A DNA stretch of 64,000 bases from Candidatus Omnitrophota bacterium (GCA_049517335.1 JBEKSD010000001.1:64001-128000), one strand, 5' to 3'. Counted from the stretch's first letter, positions 9,831-20,762 are shown. The notes: generated by a model not told the origin, from the letters alone. Translations and numbers: made by a program.

Positions 9831-10891
9831 ACATTTTATATTTAGCCAACCATTTAAATACCGGTGGCATCACCAGTTATTTATTCAGCCTTGCTTCGGG
9901 GATGAAGAAGAAAGGCCACAATGTCTTTATAGCGTCGCACTCAGGGGAGAGCCTTGATAAATTCTTAAAGCTCGGCGTAAACTTTATTGAAATTCCGATT
10001 AAGACCAAAAAGGAAATAAGCCCGAGCGTTATTTTTAGTTACCTTAAGCTAAGGAATAAATTAAAAAAGAACAAAATAGACATTGTGCATTCTAACAGCC
10101 GCACCACGCAGGTATTGGGATGCCTTTTAAATAAATTTGAAAACATTGCGCACGTGTCAACCTGTCACGGTTATTTTAAAAGAAGGCCGCTGCGTCTAAT
10201 CTTTCCCTGCTGGGGAATGAAGGTCATCGCTATAAGCGAGCAGGTGAAAGAGCACCTTATGCATGATTTCAAACTGGATGAAGGCTGTATCAGGGTAATC
10301 AATAACGGAATAGACATAGATAGGTTTAGAATTAAAAAGGGCCTGGCTTACAGGGACGGCCCGGTAGTGGGCATAATCGCGCGGCTTTCCGATGTAAAAG
10401 GGCATATCTACTTAATCCGGGCAATGAAAATAGTTCTGGAGAAATTCCCTTCGGCAAAGCTGCTTGTTGTCGGAGAAGGAAAGATGTATAATATATTGCT
10501 AAGGTTAGTGGAAGAGCTGAATATTGAGAAGCATGTTGAATTTATCATGCGCACAGAAGATACAAGGATAGAATTAGCTGCAATGGATGTCTTTGTCATG
10601 CCGTCGTTAAAAGAAGGGTTAGGATTGGCGCTTATGGAAGCGATGACCAGCGCTAAGGCGGTTGTGGGAACCGATGTCGGTGGGATTAAAAGCCTGATTA
10701 AGGATAAGGTAAACGGTTTACTGGTTAAGCCGGCTGACCCGGAAGGTTTAGCCGGCGCAATTAGCGAACTGTTGAGTAATCCTACACAGGCTGAAACTTA
10801 TGCTCAGGCAGCGGCAAGGTTTATCGCAGAAAACTTCCCGCTTGATAAAATGGTTAATCAGACCGAGAAGGTCTATTTGGAATGCGTATAA
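9827..10891 (+). CDS. GT4 glycosyltransferase
   Basis: GGITSY and EGLGLALMEA motifs. Likely GTG start at 9827, overlapping the upstream stop (GTGA). Confidence 0.9.
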   Translation: MNILYLANHLNTGGITSYLFSLASGMKKKGHNVFIASHSGESLDKFLKLGVNFIEIPIKTKKEISPSVIFSYLKLRNKLKKNKIDIVHSNSRTTQVLGCLLNKFENIAHVSTCHGYFKRRPLRLIFPCWGMKVIAISEQVKEHLMHDFKLDEGCIRVINNGIDIDRFRIKKGLAYRDGPVVGIIARLSDVKGHIYLIRAMKIVLEKFPSAKLLVVGEGKMYNILLRLVEELNIEKHVEFIMRTEDTRIELAAMDVFVMPSLKEGLGLALMEAMTSAKAVVGTDVGGIKSLIKDKVNGLLVKPADPEGLAGAISELLSNPTQAETYAQAAARFIAENFPLDKMVNQTEKVYLECV

Positions 10892-10913
10892 AGTACCGCT
10901 AAGGATAAAAAGA

Positions 10914-11942
10914 ATGGAAGTAACTAAGCGCATACTCATTTTTAATGTCAATTGGCTCGGCGATGTTTTATTTTCTACTGCCGCAATAAGGAATATCCGC
11001 AGGAATTTCTCCTCAAGCTATATTGCCTGCGTTATCCCCAGCCGCTGTTATCCGGTATTAAAAGACAACCCGCATTTGGATGAAATCATCATATTTGATG
11101 AGAAAGATCGGCATAAGAGCATCTTTTCCCGCCTTGATTTCATAAAAATACTCAAAGCAAAGAAGTTTGATACGGTATTCCTGTTGCACCGGTCGCTCAC
11201 CCGCGCGCTTATTTGTCGCCTTGCCGGCATACCGAAAAGGATAGGCTATTACACGAAAAAACGCGGCTTTCTGCTTACAAAAAAGATAACTATGCCTAAA
11301 ATAAATACTCTTCACCGCATTGATTATTACCTGAATATTATAGAAAAAGCGGGTCTTAAGGTGGAAGACAGGTATACGGAATTTTTTATTACCCATGAAG
11401 ATGAAGAATCGGTGGACGCCTTCCTGAAGAAGAATTCGATAGGAAAAGGTGATTTTATTGCGGTTTTAAACCCTGGAGGGAATTGGGGCCCTAAGAGATG
11501 GCCTAAGGAATATTGGAGCGAGCTTGCCAATATGCTCTCCAACGGCTTTAAAGCGAAAGTAATCTTAAGCGGAGCGCAAAATGATTTGAATTTAGCCAAC
11601 CAGATTAAGATGGCGATGAAGGAAAGGCCGATAATTGCCTGCGGCGTCCTGAATCTGAAGCAGCTGGCCGCACTTGCCAAAAGAGCCGGACTTTTTATCA
11701 CCGGCGATACCGGGCCGCTGCATATTGCCAATGCGGTCGGAGCAAAAAGGATCATTGCTTTATTCGGGCCGACAGACCCGTTTCTGACCGGCCCGTTTCC
11801 CGCAAATAACGTAATTGTCATCCGCAAAGACGTAAATTGTAAAATCCCCTGTTACCAGGTAAACTGTAAAGACAATCGCTGCATGAAAGCGATAACCCCC
11901 AAAGACGTAATTAGTGAAGTTAATAAAATACTCCATAAATAA
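10914..11942 (+). CDS. waaF: Lipopolysaccharide heptosyltransferase II-like (GT9)
   Basis: NWLGDV, NPGGNWGPKRWP, DTGPLHIA and LFGPTDP motifs; likely ATG start at 10914. Confidence 0.8.
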   Translation: MEVTKRILIFNVNWLGDVLFSTAAIRNIRRNFSSSYIACVIPSRCYPVLKDNPHLDEIIIFDEKDRHKSIFSRLDFIKILKAKKFDTVFLLHRSLTRALICRLAGIPKRIGYYTKKRGFLLTKKITMPKINTLHRIDYYLNIIEKAGLKVEDRYTEFFITHEDEESVDAFLKKNSIGKGDFIAVLNPGGNWGPKRWPKEYWSELANMLSNGFKAKVILSGAQNDLNLANQIKMAMKERPIIACGVLNLKQLAALAKRAGLFITGDTGPLHIANAVGAKRIIALFGPTDPFLTGPFPANNVIVIRKDVNCKIPCYQVNCKDNRCMKAITPKDVISEVNKILHK

Positions 11943-11944
11943 TA

Positions 11945-13978
11945 ATGGACAGAAAAATAAGTAGGATTTTATTTATTACTTTAAGTAATATCGGCGATTG
12001 CATTATGACTTTACCTACTCTGGATATGCTTATTTCCCGTTATCCTCAGGCTCAAATTACGGTGATGTCCGGTCCGCGTACAAAAGAAATATTTGAAAAT
12101 AACCCCAATATTCATAAATTTATTCTCTACGATAAACATTCCACGCTAAAAGAGAATATCAAACAGCTCAATGAATTAAAAAAGGAAAATTTTGATTTGG
12201 TCGTAGATTTGCGCAATACTTTCTTCGGCGTATTTTTGCCGACTCATATCAAAACGTCTCCGTTTTTGTTTATCCCCAAAGAAATAAGGCACATGCGGGA
12301 CAGGCATCTTTATCAGCTCGGGGCCCGGGCTGCGGAGCTCAAGGCTAAAACTGAAGCGAAGTCGTTATATATAAGCCGTAAAGACCAAGAGTATGTAGAA
12401 AATTTATTTAAGGAAAACGGCATTCTTCCGGAGAGCAGGATAGCGGCGGTTGCTCCGGGAACACGCAGCCATATAAAAAGATGGCAAAAAGAGAAGTTTG
12501 CGGAGCTTATTTCTTCATTAGGTAAAGAATTCGGCCTTAAGATAATTCTCATTGGCGATAAGGAAGATTCAGAGGTTGCCAGGTTCATCAAAGATAATAC
12601 AGGCGCAGGAATAATTGATTTTACTTCTCGGACCACAATTACGCAGCTGGCCTGTCTTTTGAAGAAGGCTGAACTTTTGATTACCGGGGACAGTGGGGTA
12701 ATGCATTTGGCGAGTTATTTAAATGTCCCGGTAGCAGCGGTATTTGGGCCGACGGATGAAGAAAAATACGGGCCATGGTCAAAGGTAGCTTCAGTGATAA
12801 AAAAAGATATTTTCTGCCGGCCGTGCAGCAAGGCGCAATGTAAATTCGGCACCCTTGATTGCATGCGCGTAATAAAAACAACGGATGTCTTTTTGGCAGT
12901 AAAGGACATTTTGAACCCACGGACCTACGGACCCACGGACCCACGAATTAATGTTTTTAAGCGTATTCTAATCGTGCGTACCGATAGAATGGGCGATGTG
13001 CTTTTATCAACTCCTGTAATTAGGGTCCTGCGCCGGAACTTCCCGAATAGCTATCTTGCGATGATGGTTTCAGCCAGTACCAAAGATATCGTGGAAGGCA
13101 ACCCTTACTTGGATGAGGTGATTATTTATGATAAGGACGGAAGGCATAAAGGCTGGCAGCAGACCTTTAGATTCGCAAGAAACTTAAAAAAGAAGCGTTT
13201 TGATTTAGCGATAATATTGCATCCGACTAACAGGGTGCATCTGGTAACTTACTTGGCGGCTATACCGCGGCGCATAGGCTATGACAGGAAATTAAGTTTT
13301 TTACTTACAGATAGGATTCCACATACCAAGCAGTCAGGGCTAAAGCATGAATTAGAATACAATCTGGATCTGTTAAAATATCTGGGCATTGAAGCAGAAG
13401 ATAAAGAGTTATTTATGCCGGTTAAAAATGAATCGGAAAAAACTGTTGAAAAGATATTTGCGAGCTCCGGGATCAGAAAAACAGATAAAATACTTGCGAT
13501 ACATCCTTCTGCCAGCTGTCCGTCAAAGGTCTGGCCTGCGGATAGATTTGCGCAGGTTGCCGATATATTAGCGCAGGAACACGGTTTTAAAATTGTGGCT
13601 GTTTCGGGCCCGAAAGATATTGCCAGGACAGAGGATGTAATCAATAGGATGCATTGCGCGGTCATAGATTTAGCGGGGAAGGTTTCCGTCAGCCAGCTGG
13701 CGAGCGTGTTTAAAAGGTGCGCTCTTTTCATATCTAATGATTCCGGGCCGGTGCACATGGCTGCAGCTTTAGGTATTCCGGTTATCTCTATTTTCGGCAG
13801 GGCACAGGCGGGGTTAAGCCCGAAACGCTGGGCTCCGATGGGAAAAGCAGCAAGGGTTTTGCATAAACAGGTTGGCTGTATTGAGTGCCTGGCGCATAAC
13901 TGCCAAAAAGGGTTCGCCTGCCTTAAGGCAATCACCGTCGAAGAAGTCGTCTCTGCCGCCGAATCGCTTTTATCGTAG
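11945..13978 (+). CDS. Tandem GT9-GT9 heptosyltransferase fusion
   Basis: Two GT9 units (SNIGDC...DSGVMH and DRMGDV...DSGPVH) joined by a short linker. Confidence 0.9.
   Translation: MDRKISRILFITLSNIGDCIMTLPTLDMLISRYPQAQITVMSGPRTKEIFENNPNIHKFILYDKHSTLKENIKQLNELKKENFDLVVDLRNTFFGVFLPTHIKTSPFLFIPKEIRHMRDRHLYQLGARAAELKAKTEAKSLYISRKDQEYVENLFKENGILPESRIAAVAPGTRSHIKRWQKEKFAELISSLGKEFGLKIILIGDKEDSEVARFIKDNTGAGIIDFTSRTTITQLACLLKKAELLITGDSGVMHLASYLNVPVAAVFGPTDEEKYGPWSKVASVIKKDIFCRPCSKAQCKFGTLDCMRVIKTTDVFLAVKDILNPRTYGPTDPRINVFKRILIVRTDRMGDVLLSTPVIRVLRRNFPNSYLAMMVSASTKDIVEGNPYLDEVIIYDKDGRHKGWQQTFRFARNLKKKRFDLAIILHPTNRVHLVTYLAAIPRRIGYDRKLSFLLTDRIPHTKQSGLKHELEYNLDLLKYLGIEAEDKELFMPVKNESEKTVEKIFASSGIRKTDKILAIHPSASCPSKVWPADRFAQVADILAQEHGFKIVAVSGPKDIARTEDVINRMHCAVIDLAGKVSVSQLASVFKRCALFISNDSGPVHMAAALGIPVISIFGRAQAGLSPKRWAPMGKAARVLHKQVGCIECLAHNCQKGFACLKAITVEEVVSAAESLLS
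12915..12946. repeat. 8-bp tandem repeat ACCYACGR x4 inside CDS
   Basis: acccacgg acctacgg acccacgg acccacga at the GT9-GT9 linker. Confidence 0.85.
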
Positions 13979-14077
13979 TATCTATATTTCTTTTTTAATA
14001 TTTATTCAAGCGCCTGAGCTGATTTGTGATAGGGCATAAGCTAAAAATTTTTAATACGATTTTCCTGAGGTTTTTGG

Positions 14078-14105
14078 TTGATTTAGTCTGATTTTGTGTT
14101 ATAAT
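14078..14105 (+). promoter_or_regulatory. Sigma70-type promoter
   Basis: TTGATT-16 nt-TATAAT with a TG extension; ATG follows 11 nt downstream. Confidence 0.6.
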
Positions 14106-14116
14106 CACTACTTCCT

Positions 14117-15046
14117 ATGATTAATATTAATAAGGTAAGAAGGTACCCGGTTAAGGCCCGTTTTAGCAAAGTTAATCTGGCTGATTTTGCCAAGCCGCCT
14201 GCGCGTAAGCGCAGTTTTGCTAAATTCTTTGATTCCCTACCTAATATATTAAAGGCCAAGGAGATACGCGATATTACCGCTGCAATAGTAAGGGCAAAAA
14301 GAAAGAAGAAGCCGGTAATTTTCATGGCTGGGGCGCATGTGATTAAATGTGGTCTTAACCCGGTATTGATCGAACTGATAAAGAAGAAAGTGATTACCTG
14401 CATATGCTTAAATGGCGCGGGGATAATTCATGATTTTGAGTTGGCTTTTCAGGGAAAAACTTCCGAGGATGTGTCTGAGAACCTAAAGGATGGAAGTTTC
14501 GGGATGGGCAAAGAAACCGCGGATTTCCTTAATAACGCGGCCAAGGAAGGCGTTAGTGAAGGGTTAGGGTTGGGTTATGCAGTGGCAAAAAAGATAAGTG
14601 AAGCAAAGCTTAAGTATAAAGAATTGAGCTTGCTTTATAATGCCTATAAGTACAGAGTGCCGGTTTGTGTCTTCGTCGCCATAGGTACGGACATCATCCA
14701 TCAGCATCCTTCGTTTAACGCTTCCCTTACTGCCGAAGGCTCTATAAGGGATTTTTATCTTTTGACTGAGAATATCGGTAATTTAAACTCCGGTGGAGTA
14801 GTATTAAATTTCGGCTCCGCGGTGATTATGCCGGAAGTTTTCCTAAAAGGCCTTAATTTATCGCGGAATTTAGGCGCGCAGGTGAAGGATTTCGTTACCG
14901 CGAATTTTGATATGATTTACCATTACCGTCCGAGTCAGAATGTATGCCTCCGGCCGGTCTCTTCCGGTGGAAAAGGCTATTATGTAATCGGCCACCACGA
15001 AATAATGCTTCCGTTGCTTGCGCAGGCAGTGATTGAAAAATTATGA
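14117..15046 (+). CDS. Conserved hypothetical protein, deoxyhypusine-synthase-like fold
   Basis: MAGAHVIKCGL, NGAGIIHDFE, GSAVIMPEVFLK and GHHEIMLP motifs; fold assignment from memory. Confidence 0.6.
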   Translation: MININKVRRYPVKARFSKVNLADFAKPPARKRSFAKFFDSLPNILKAKEIRDITAAIVRAKRKKKPVIFMAGAHVIKCGLNPVLIELIKKKVITCICLNGAGIIHDFELAFQGKTSEDVSENLKDGSFGMGKETADFLNNAAKEGVSEGLGLGYAVAKKISEAKLKYKELSLLYNAYKYRVPVCVFVAIGTDIIHQHPSFNASLTAEGSIRDFYLLTENIGNLNSGGVVLNFGSAVIMPEVFLKGLNLSRNLGAQVKDFVTANFDMIYHYRPSQNVCLRPVSSGGKGYYVIGHHEIMLPLLAQAVIEKL

Positions 15047-16056
15047 AAACCCTGGAAAACATAATCTCAAGATTCAATAAAACCAAAATCCTCGTCATAG
15101 GCGACCTGATACTTGACCAGTATATCTGGGGCTCGGTGGACAGGGTTTCCCCTGAAGCGCCCGTCCCGGTAGTTTGGGCGAATAAACGCACTTATCTTCC
15201 CGGAGGGGCGGCGAATGTGGCAAATAATATTTCTTCCCTCGGAGGCAAAGCAACCCTTGTGGGGGTTATGGGACGCGATAACCACGCCAAAATACTTACG
15301 CAGGAATTGCATAAACGCAACATTGATACGAGGGGGGTTTTCACAGCGCAAAACAGGCATACCATCTTAAAGTCCCGCGTTATCGCCGGGCATCAGCAGA
15401 TAGTCAGGGTTGACTGGGAGAACAGGGAGTCCCTTGGCGCAGGGTTGAACAAAAGAATAATCGGCTTTATTAAAAGGAGTATCTTAGCTTATGACGCGCT
15501 GATTATTGAAGATTACGGCAAGGGCGTAATTAACAAAGACCTATTGGAAGATCTGATTTCGCTTGCACACGAAAATAAGAAGATTATCACCGTTGATCCT
15601 AAAGAGGATCATTTTCAGTTTTACCGGAAAGCAACCACAATTACCCCCAACCGTAAAGAGCTTGAGAATGCTATCCGTAATTTAAAAATAAAGGATGAGG
15701 AAAACCGGTTTAAATTAAATAGCGACCGCCTGTTTACCGACAGAGATATAGATTTGGCGGCGTTTGAGATCATGGAATATCTGGAGCTTGAATCCATACT
15801 CGTTACGCTGGGTGAGCAGGGGATGAAATTATTTGAGAAAGACGGGCGCGCAACCCATATCCCGACACAGGCACAGGCGGTATTTGATGTTTCGGGCGCC
15901 GGAGATACGGTAATTAGCGCATTTACTCTGGGCCTTTCCGCCGGCGCAAAGAAACTTGAAGCTGCGTATATCGCCAATTATGCCGCAGGCATAGTAGTCG
16001 GCAAAGTCGGCACCGCGGTTACCACAAGGGAAGAGCTTTTAAAGAGGATTAAATAG
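15043..16056 (+). CDS. rfaE1: D-glycero-beta-D-manno-heptose-7-phosphate kinase (RfaE domain I)
   Basis: VIGDLILDQY, SPEAPVPV, GGAANVA and DVSGAGDTV motifs (PfkB family). Confidence 0.93.
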   Translation: MKTLENIISRFNKTKILVIGDLILDQYIWGSVDRVSPEAPVPVVWANKRTYLPGGAANVANNISSLGGKATLVGVMGRDNHAKILTQELHKRNIDTRGVFTAQNRHTILKSRVIAGHQQIVRVDWENRESLGAGLNKRIIGFIKRSILAYDALIIEDYGKGVINKDLLEDLISLAHENKKIITVDPKEDHFQFYRKATTITPNRKELENAIRNLKIKDEENRFKLNSDRLFTDRDIDLAAFEIMEYLELESILVTLGEQGMKLFEKDGRATHIPTQAQAVFDVSGAGDTVISAFTLGLSAGAKKLEAAYIANYAAGIVVGKVGTAVTTREELLKRIK

Positions 16057-16061
16057 GGCAT

Positions 16062-16802
16062 ATGGATGTCATCGGAGTAATTCCGGCGCGGTATTCATCA
16101 ACCAGGTTTGAGGGCAAGGTGCTTGCGGACATAAACGGCAAGCCCATGATCCAACACGTCTGGGAAAGGGCAAAACAGGCAAAAATCCTTGATGAAATCA
16201 TTATCGCCTGCGACCATGAATTGGTGGAGAAAGTTGCCTTAAGGTTCGGCGCAAAAACCGTGCTTACCTCAAAATCGCATATGTGCGGCACAGATAGGAT
16301 CGCCGAGGTAGTAAACCCGTTGGATGTAAAAATTATCGTTAATATTCAGGCTGATGAGCCGTTAATCCATCCCTTGATGATTGATAGTGTTGCCCGGGCG
16401 TTATTGGATGATAAGGATCTTTCTATGGCTACTTTAAGGAAGCGTATAGACGACGAAGCGCTTATCAATGACCCGAATGTAGTCAAGGTTGTGGTGGATA
16501 AGTTTGATTTTGCCCTGTATTTTTCGCGAGCACGCATTCCCTTTCCGGCAGCAAACTCTGAAGTGGAGAAACCGTTATATTACAAGCATATCGGGTTATA
16601 CGCATATACGAAAGATTTCCTTTTCACTTTTAAGAAGCTCCCGGTTTCAAATCTGGAGAAGGCCGAGAAATTGGAGCAGCTCAGGGTTTTGGAAGAGGGT
16701 TTCCGCATCAAGGCAATTGAAACAAAATATGATAGTATCGGCGTGGATACTCCGGATGACCTTCTACGGGTAAAAGAATACCTCGCCCAAGGGAATATCT
16801 AA
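16062..16802 (+). CDS. kdsB: CMP-Kdo synthetase
   Basis: [22 protein letters not shown] and VDTPDD motifs. Confidence 0.96.
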   Translation: MDVIGVIPARYSSTRFEGKVLADINGKPMIQHVWERAKQAKILDEIIIACDHELVEKVALRFGAKTVLTSKSHMCGTDRIAEVVNPLDVKIIVNIQADEPLIHPLMIDSVARALLDDKDLSMATLRKRIDDEALINDPNVVKVVVDKFDFALYFSRARIPFPAANSEVEKPLYYKHIGLYAYTKDFLFTFKKLPVSNLEKAEKLEQLRVLEEGFRIKAIETKYDSIGVDTPDDLLRVKEYLAQGNI

Positions 16803-16803
16803 T

Positions 16804-17634
16804 ATGATGACTAAAGAGATAAAAATCAGGGATGTTTTAATCGGAGGCAGTAGTTTTGTTTTAATTGCCGGGCCCTGCGTAATTGAATCAGCAGGCCATT
16901 GCCTTGATACTGCAAAGAGTATCAAAGATATTACGCATAAATTAAACGTGCCCTTTATTTTTAAGTCCAGCTTTGATAAGGCGAACCGGATGTCCCTTGA
17001 ATCATACCGGGGGCCGGGAATAAAAAAAGGCTTAGAGGTCTTAAATAAGGTTAAGCAGCAATTAAAGCTGCCTGTGCTAAGCGATGTCCACTGCATAAGC
17101 GAAATAAAGGAAGCGGCTGTAGTCTTGGATATAATACAGATTCCCGCTTTTTTAAGCAGGCAGACGGATATCGTGGTGGCTGCGGCTAAGACGGGCAAGG
17201 CCGTTAATATCAAAAAGGGACAGTTCTTGGCGCCCTGGGATATGCTGCCCATAATCAAGAAGGTTGAATCTACCGGCAATAAACGGATTATCATTACCGA
17301 GCGGGGAGTAAGTTTCGGGTATAATAATCTGGTTACGGATTTTCGCTCCCTTGCCATTATGCGCGAGTTTGGATACCCTGTAATTTATGACGCAACCCAT
17401 AGCGTCCAGTTGCCGGGCGGCAGAGGTAATTCTTCCGGAGGCCAGCGGAAGTTTGTGGAAGGATTATCCCGCGCAGCAGCAGCTTTTGGATGCGACGGAT
17501 TATTCCTGGAAGTCCACCCGGCTCCGGATAAGGCGCCTTGCGACGGGCCGAATATGATTGACTTAAAACAATTGGAAAAACTATTGAAGCAGGTAAAAAA
17601 GATAGAAAAGACCTTAGGGGAACGGCTAAATTGA
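16804..17634 (+). CDS. kdsA: Kdo-8-phosphate synthase
   Basis: [21 protein letters not shown] and DATHSVQ motifs. Confidence 0.96.
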   Translation: MMTKEIKIRDVLIGGSSFVLIAGPCVIESAGHCLDTAKSIKDITHKLNVPFIFKSSFDKANRMSLESYRGPGIKKGLEVLNKVKQQLKLPVLSDVHCISEIKEAAVVLDIIQIPAFLSRQTDIVVAAAKTGKAVNIKKGQFLAPWDMLPIIKKVESTGNKRIIITERGVSFGYNNLVTDFRSLAIMREFGYPVIYDATHSVQLPGGRGNSSGGQRKFVEGLSRAAAAFGCDGLFLEVHPAPDKAPCDGPNMIDLKQLEKLLKQVKKIEKTLGERLN

Positions 17635-17638
17635 ACAT

Positions 17639-18607
17639 ATGAAAATAAATATCATAAAAAGGGCAAAGGAAGTTTTGGAGATCGAAGCTTGCGCGATTAC
17701 AGATCTAAAAAACCATGTAGGTAGGGATTTTGAAAAAGCGGTAAATTTGATTTTGAAATCCAAAGGCCGCATCGTGGTAAGCGGTATGGGTAAAACCGGT
17801 ATTATCGCCCAGAAATTTTCAGCCACTTTAGCTTCAACCGGCACCCCCAGTTTATTTTTGCATACTGCAGAGGCAATCCACGGAGATCTCGGTAAAGTAA
17901 TTGCTGATGACGTAGTTATTATCCTTTCAAACAGCGGCTCAACCGAAGAGATGAAACAGCTCTTGCCTTTGTTAAAAAAAATCGGATGCAAGGTAATTGC
18001 CATGACTGGCAATATAAAATCCGTTTTAGCAAAATACAGCGATATAGTTTTGGACGTTTCGGTAAAAAAAGAGGCCTGCCCACTGGGGTTGGCTCCTACG
18101 GCGTCCACCACGGCGGTTTTGGCTATGTGTGATGCCTTGGCAATATGCCTACTGGAATTAAAAGGGTTTAAGGAAAAGGATTTTGCTTTTTTCCATCCGG
18201 GAGGCGCGTTGGGCAAACGGCTGCTTTTAAGGGTTGAAGAGATCATGAGGCGTGGCGAGGCAAACCCTATTGTTAATGAGGACAAATTAGTCCCGGAAGT
18301 TTTATTGAAAATTACTCAGGCGCGCGCGGGTTCGGCAACAGTGGTAGATAAAAAAGGTAAGCTTACCGGGATTTTTACGGACGGCGACCTGCGCCGGCAC
18401 CTTGAGCTGGAAAAAGACCTTAGTGGACAGAAAATCGGGAAAGTAATGACTAAAAATCCCACGGCAGTGAATAAAGAGATGCTGGCAGCGGAAGCGATGC
18501 GGATTTTACAGTTGAAAAAAATAGACGAACTCCCCGTAGTGGATAAATTTAACCGCCCCGTAGGCCTGCTTGATGTTCAGGACTTACTTAAAGCAGGGCT
18601 CGTTTAG
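17639..18607 (+). CDS. kdsD: Arabinose-5-phosphate isomerase (KpsF/GutQ family)
   Basis: SIS domain (EAIHGDLG, APTAST, FHPGG) plus a CBS pair. Confidence 0.94.
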   Translation: MKINIIKRAKEVLEIEACAITDLKNHVGRDFEKAVNLILKSKGRIVVSGMGKTGIIAQKFSATLASTGTPSLFLHTAEAIHGDLGKVIADDVVIILSNSGSTEEMKQLLPLLKKIGCKVIAMTGNIKSVLAKYSDIVLDVSVKKEACPLGLAPTASTTAVLAMCDALAICLLELKGFKEKDFAFFHPGGALGKRLLLRVEEIMRRGEANPIVNEDKLVPEVLLKITQARAGSATVVDKKGKLTGIFTDGDLRRHLELEKDLSGQKIGKVMTKNPTAVNKEMLAAEAMRILQLKKIDELPVVDKFNRPVGLLDVQDLLKAGLV

Positions 18608-18612
18608 ACAAA

Positions 18613-19155
18613 ATGTTAAATATGGAAGTAAAGCAGGAGTTAAGGGAACTGGCAGGCAAGGTTAAATTATTATTGCTTGATGTTGACGGCGTGCTTACGG
18701 ACGGGCGCATTATTTATGATTCGCGTGGTAGGGATTCAAAATTTTTTGACGTACACGACGGGATGGGCGTGTACGCCTTAAATAAGGTGGGGATTAAAAC
18801 AGTGCTTATCACCGCCAAGGGTTCGCGTTCCATAATCCCGCGGGCCCGCGACATGCGCGTCGCCGAAGTATTTGCGGATGTGTCCCCCAAATCTTCCGTG
18901 CTGGATAAAATCCTGAAGAAATATAAAGTGGATATGAGCGAAGTGGCTTTTGTAGGTGATGACCTCGTGGATATCTGTCTTATGAAAAGAGTGGGTTTTC
19001 CGATAGCGGTTTTTAACGCCTGTCCGGAAGTGAAGCTCGCCGCCAGTTACATTACCTTGAAATCCGGGGGGCGGGGAGCGGTGCGCGAGGTGGCCGAACT
19101 TATCTTAAAATCACAGAATAAATGGGAGAAAATCGTAAAGTTCTATAATGTTTAA
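18613..19155 (+). CDS. kdsC: Kdo-8-phosphate phosphatase (HAD)
   Basis: LDVDGVLTDG, GDDLVD and GGRGAVRE motifs. Confidence 0.94.
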   Translation: MLNMEVKQELRELAGKVKLLLLDVDGVLTDGRIIYDSRGRDSKFFDVHDGMGVYALNKVGIKTVLITAKGSRSIIPRARDMRVAEVFADVSPKSSVLDKILKKYKVDMSEVAFVGDDLVDICLMKRVGFPIAVFNACPEVKLAASYITLKSGGRGAVREVAELILKSQNKWEKIVKFYNV

Positions 19156-20059
19156 AAAAATATTAATTTGCGCTTTTATAATTTTTTTATTGAAACCACC
19201 GGCTCATGCGGCAGAAGAGCCTGCGAATACGGACTCCGGACAGCAGATTAATGATTTTTCCCTCTCCGGTTACGGCGAAAAAGGAAAGAAAAGCTGGGAT
19301 GTTTCCGGCAAGTCCGCGGATATATTCAATGACGTGGTAAAGATGAACAAGGTTGTCGGCAATATGTACGGCGACGACGAGAACATAAAGCTTACCTCCG
19401 AAAGGGGAGATTTTAACAAGGCGGAAGGCAAGGTGCATTTGCAGGATAATGTAGTTATTACCACCTCTTCGGGCGCTAAACTTACTACCGACTCTCTTGA
19501 TTGGGATAGGAAGGCCCAGTTCGTGTCGACAAAAGATCTGGTCAACATCCAGAAAGACGGTATGACTCTGGTGGCAATAGGGGCAAGGGGCGAGACGAAT
19601 TTAAAGACAGTGGCTTTAGAGAAGAATGTCCGGCTTGATATTGACCAGCAGACTAAAGGTGAATCAGGCCTAACGGATGAAAAAAATAAAATAATAATCA
19701 CCTGCGACGGCCCGCTGGAGATTGATTATGAGAAAAATGTTGCTGTTTTTAAGAATAATGTTAAAGTAGAAAGGCCTGACTCGGTTATTTACAGTGATAA
19801 AATGGACGTATTTTTTATCCGAAGTAGGGAATCCAAGGCTCAGGATAAAAAAGAAGAAAAGAAGTCTTCTGGAATAATGTCCGGCAGTAAAATCGATAGG
19901 ATAGTTGCCCGCGGTAATGTGAAAGTTACCAGAGGGCAAAATACGTCGTTTAGCGATGAAGCAGTTTATTCTGCCGCGGACCAGAAGCTGATTTTAAGCG
20001 GAAGGCCTAAGCTTGTGATTTATTCCACGGAGGATCTGAATGCACCTGTTGGAAATTAA
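19148..20059 (+). CDS. lptC: LPS export protein with LptC-like and LptA/OstA-like domains
   Basis: Signal/anchor, LTTDSLDWD LptC-like segment, then OstA-like segment ([20 protein letters not shown]); lies between kdsC and lptB. Confidence 0.75.
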   Translation: MFKKILICAFIIFLLKPPAHAAEEPANTDSGQQINDFSLSGYGEKGKKSWDVSGKSADIFNDVVKMNKVVGNMYGDDENIKLTSERGDFNKAEGKVHLQDNVVITTSSGAKLTTDSLDWDRKAQFVSTKDLVNIQKDGMTLVAIGARGETNLKTVALEKNVRLDIDQQTKGESGLTDEKNKIIITCDGPLEIDYEKNVAVFKNNVKVERPDSVIYSDKMDVFFIRSRESKAQDKKEEKKSSGIMSGSKIDRIVARGNVKVTRGQNTSFSDEAVYSAADQKLILSGRPKLVIYSTEDLNAPVGN

Positions 20060-20762
20060 AGGGTTAAGCAAGTCTTACGACGGAAGGGAAGTGGTCAAGG
20101 GAGTAGACCTTCTGGTAAAGCGGGGCGAGATCGTCGGGCTGCTGGGTCCCAACGGGGCGGGAAAGACCACGACGTTTTACATGGTAGTTGGGATTATCCC
20201 TCCCAACCGGGGAAAGATTATTTTTGATAATAACGATATCACCTCCCTGCCCATACACGAACGCGCACGTTGCGGTATCGGCTATCTTTCGCAGGAGGCG
20301 TCCATTTTCAGGAAACTTACGGTTGAAGGAAATATTATGGCAATACTTGAGACTTTGCCTATCGGTAAACAGGAAAGGAAACACAGGCTGAAAGCTTTAT
20401 TAGAAGAGTTGAATATTTCTCATCTTGCCAAAAATAAGGCTTATACCTTATCCGGCGGCGAGAGAAGGCGTCTTGAGATTACGCGCGCGCTGGTCACAAA
20501 TCCGTCTTTCATACTTTTAGATGAGCCTTTTTCGGGCATTGACCCTATCGTAGTTAATGAAGCGCAGGAGATTATCAAAGAATTAAGGGATAAGGGCTTA
20601 GGGATCTTGCTTACCGACCACAATGTCAGAGAGACACTCTCCATAACGGACAGGGCTTATTTAATCGCGGAAGGAAAGATACTTATTTCTGGCACGGCAA
20701 ACGACCTGATAAATGACCCGCAGGCCCGGCAGGTTTACTTGGGTGAGAAGTTCAGTATGTAA
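20040..20762 (+). CDS. lptB: LPS export ABC ATPase
   Basis: [23 protein letters not shown] and TDHNVRE motifs. Confidence 0.96.
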   Translation: MHLLEIKGLSKSYDGREVVKGVDLLVKRGEIVGLLGPNGAGKTTTFYMVVGIIPPNRGKIIFDNNDITSLPIHERARCGIGYLSQEASIFRKLTVEGNIMAILETLPIGKQERKHRLKALLEELNISHLAKNKAYTLSGGERRRLEITRALVTNPSFILLDEPFSGIDPIVVNEAQEIIKELRDKGLGILLTDHNVRETLSITDRAYLIAEGKILISGTANDLINDPQARQVYLGEKFSM

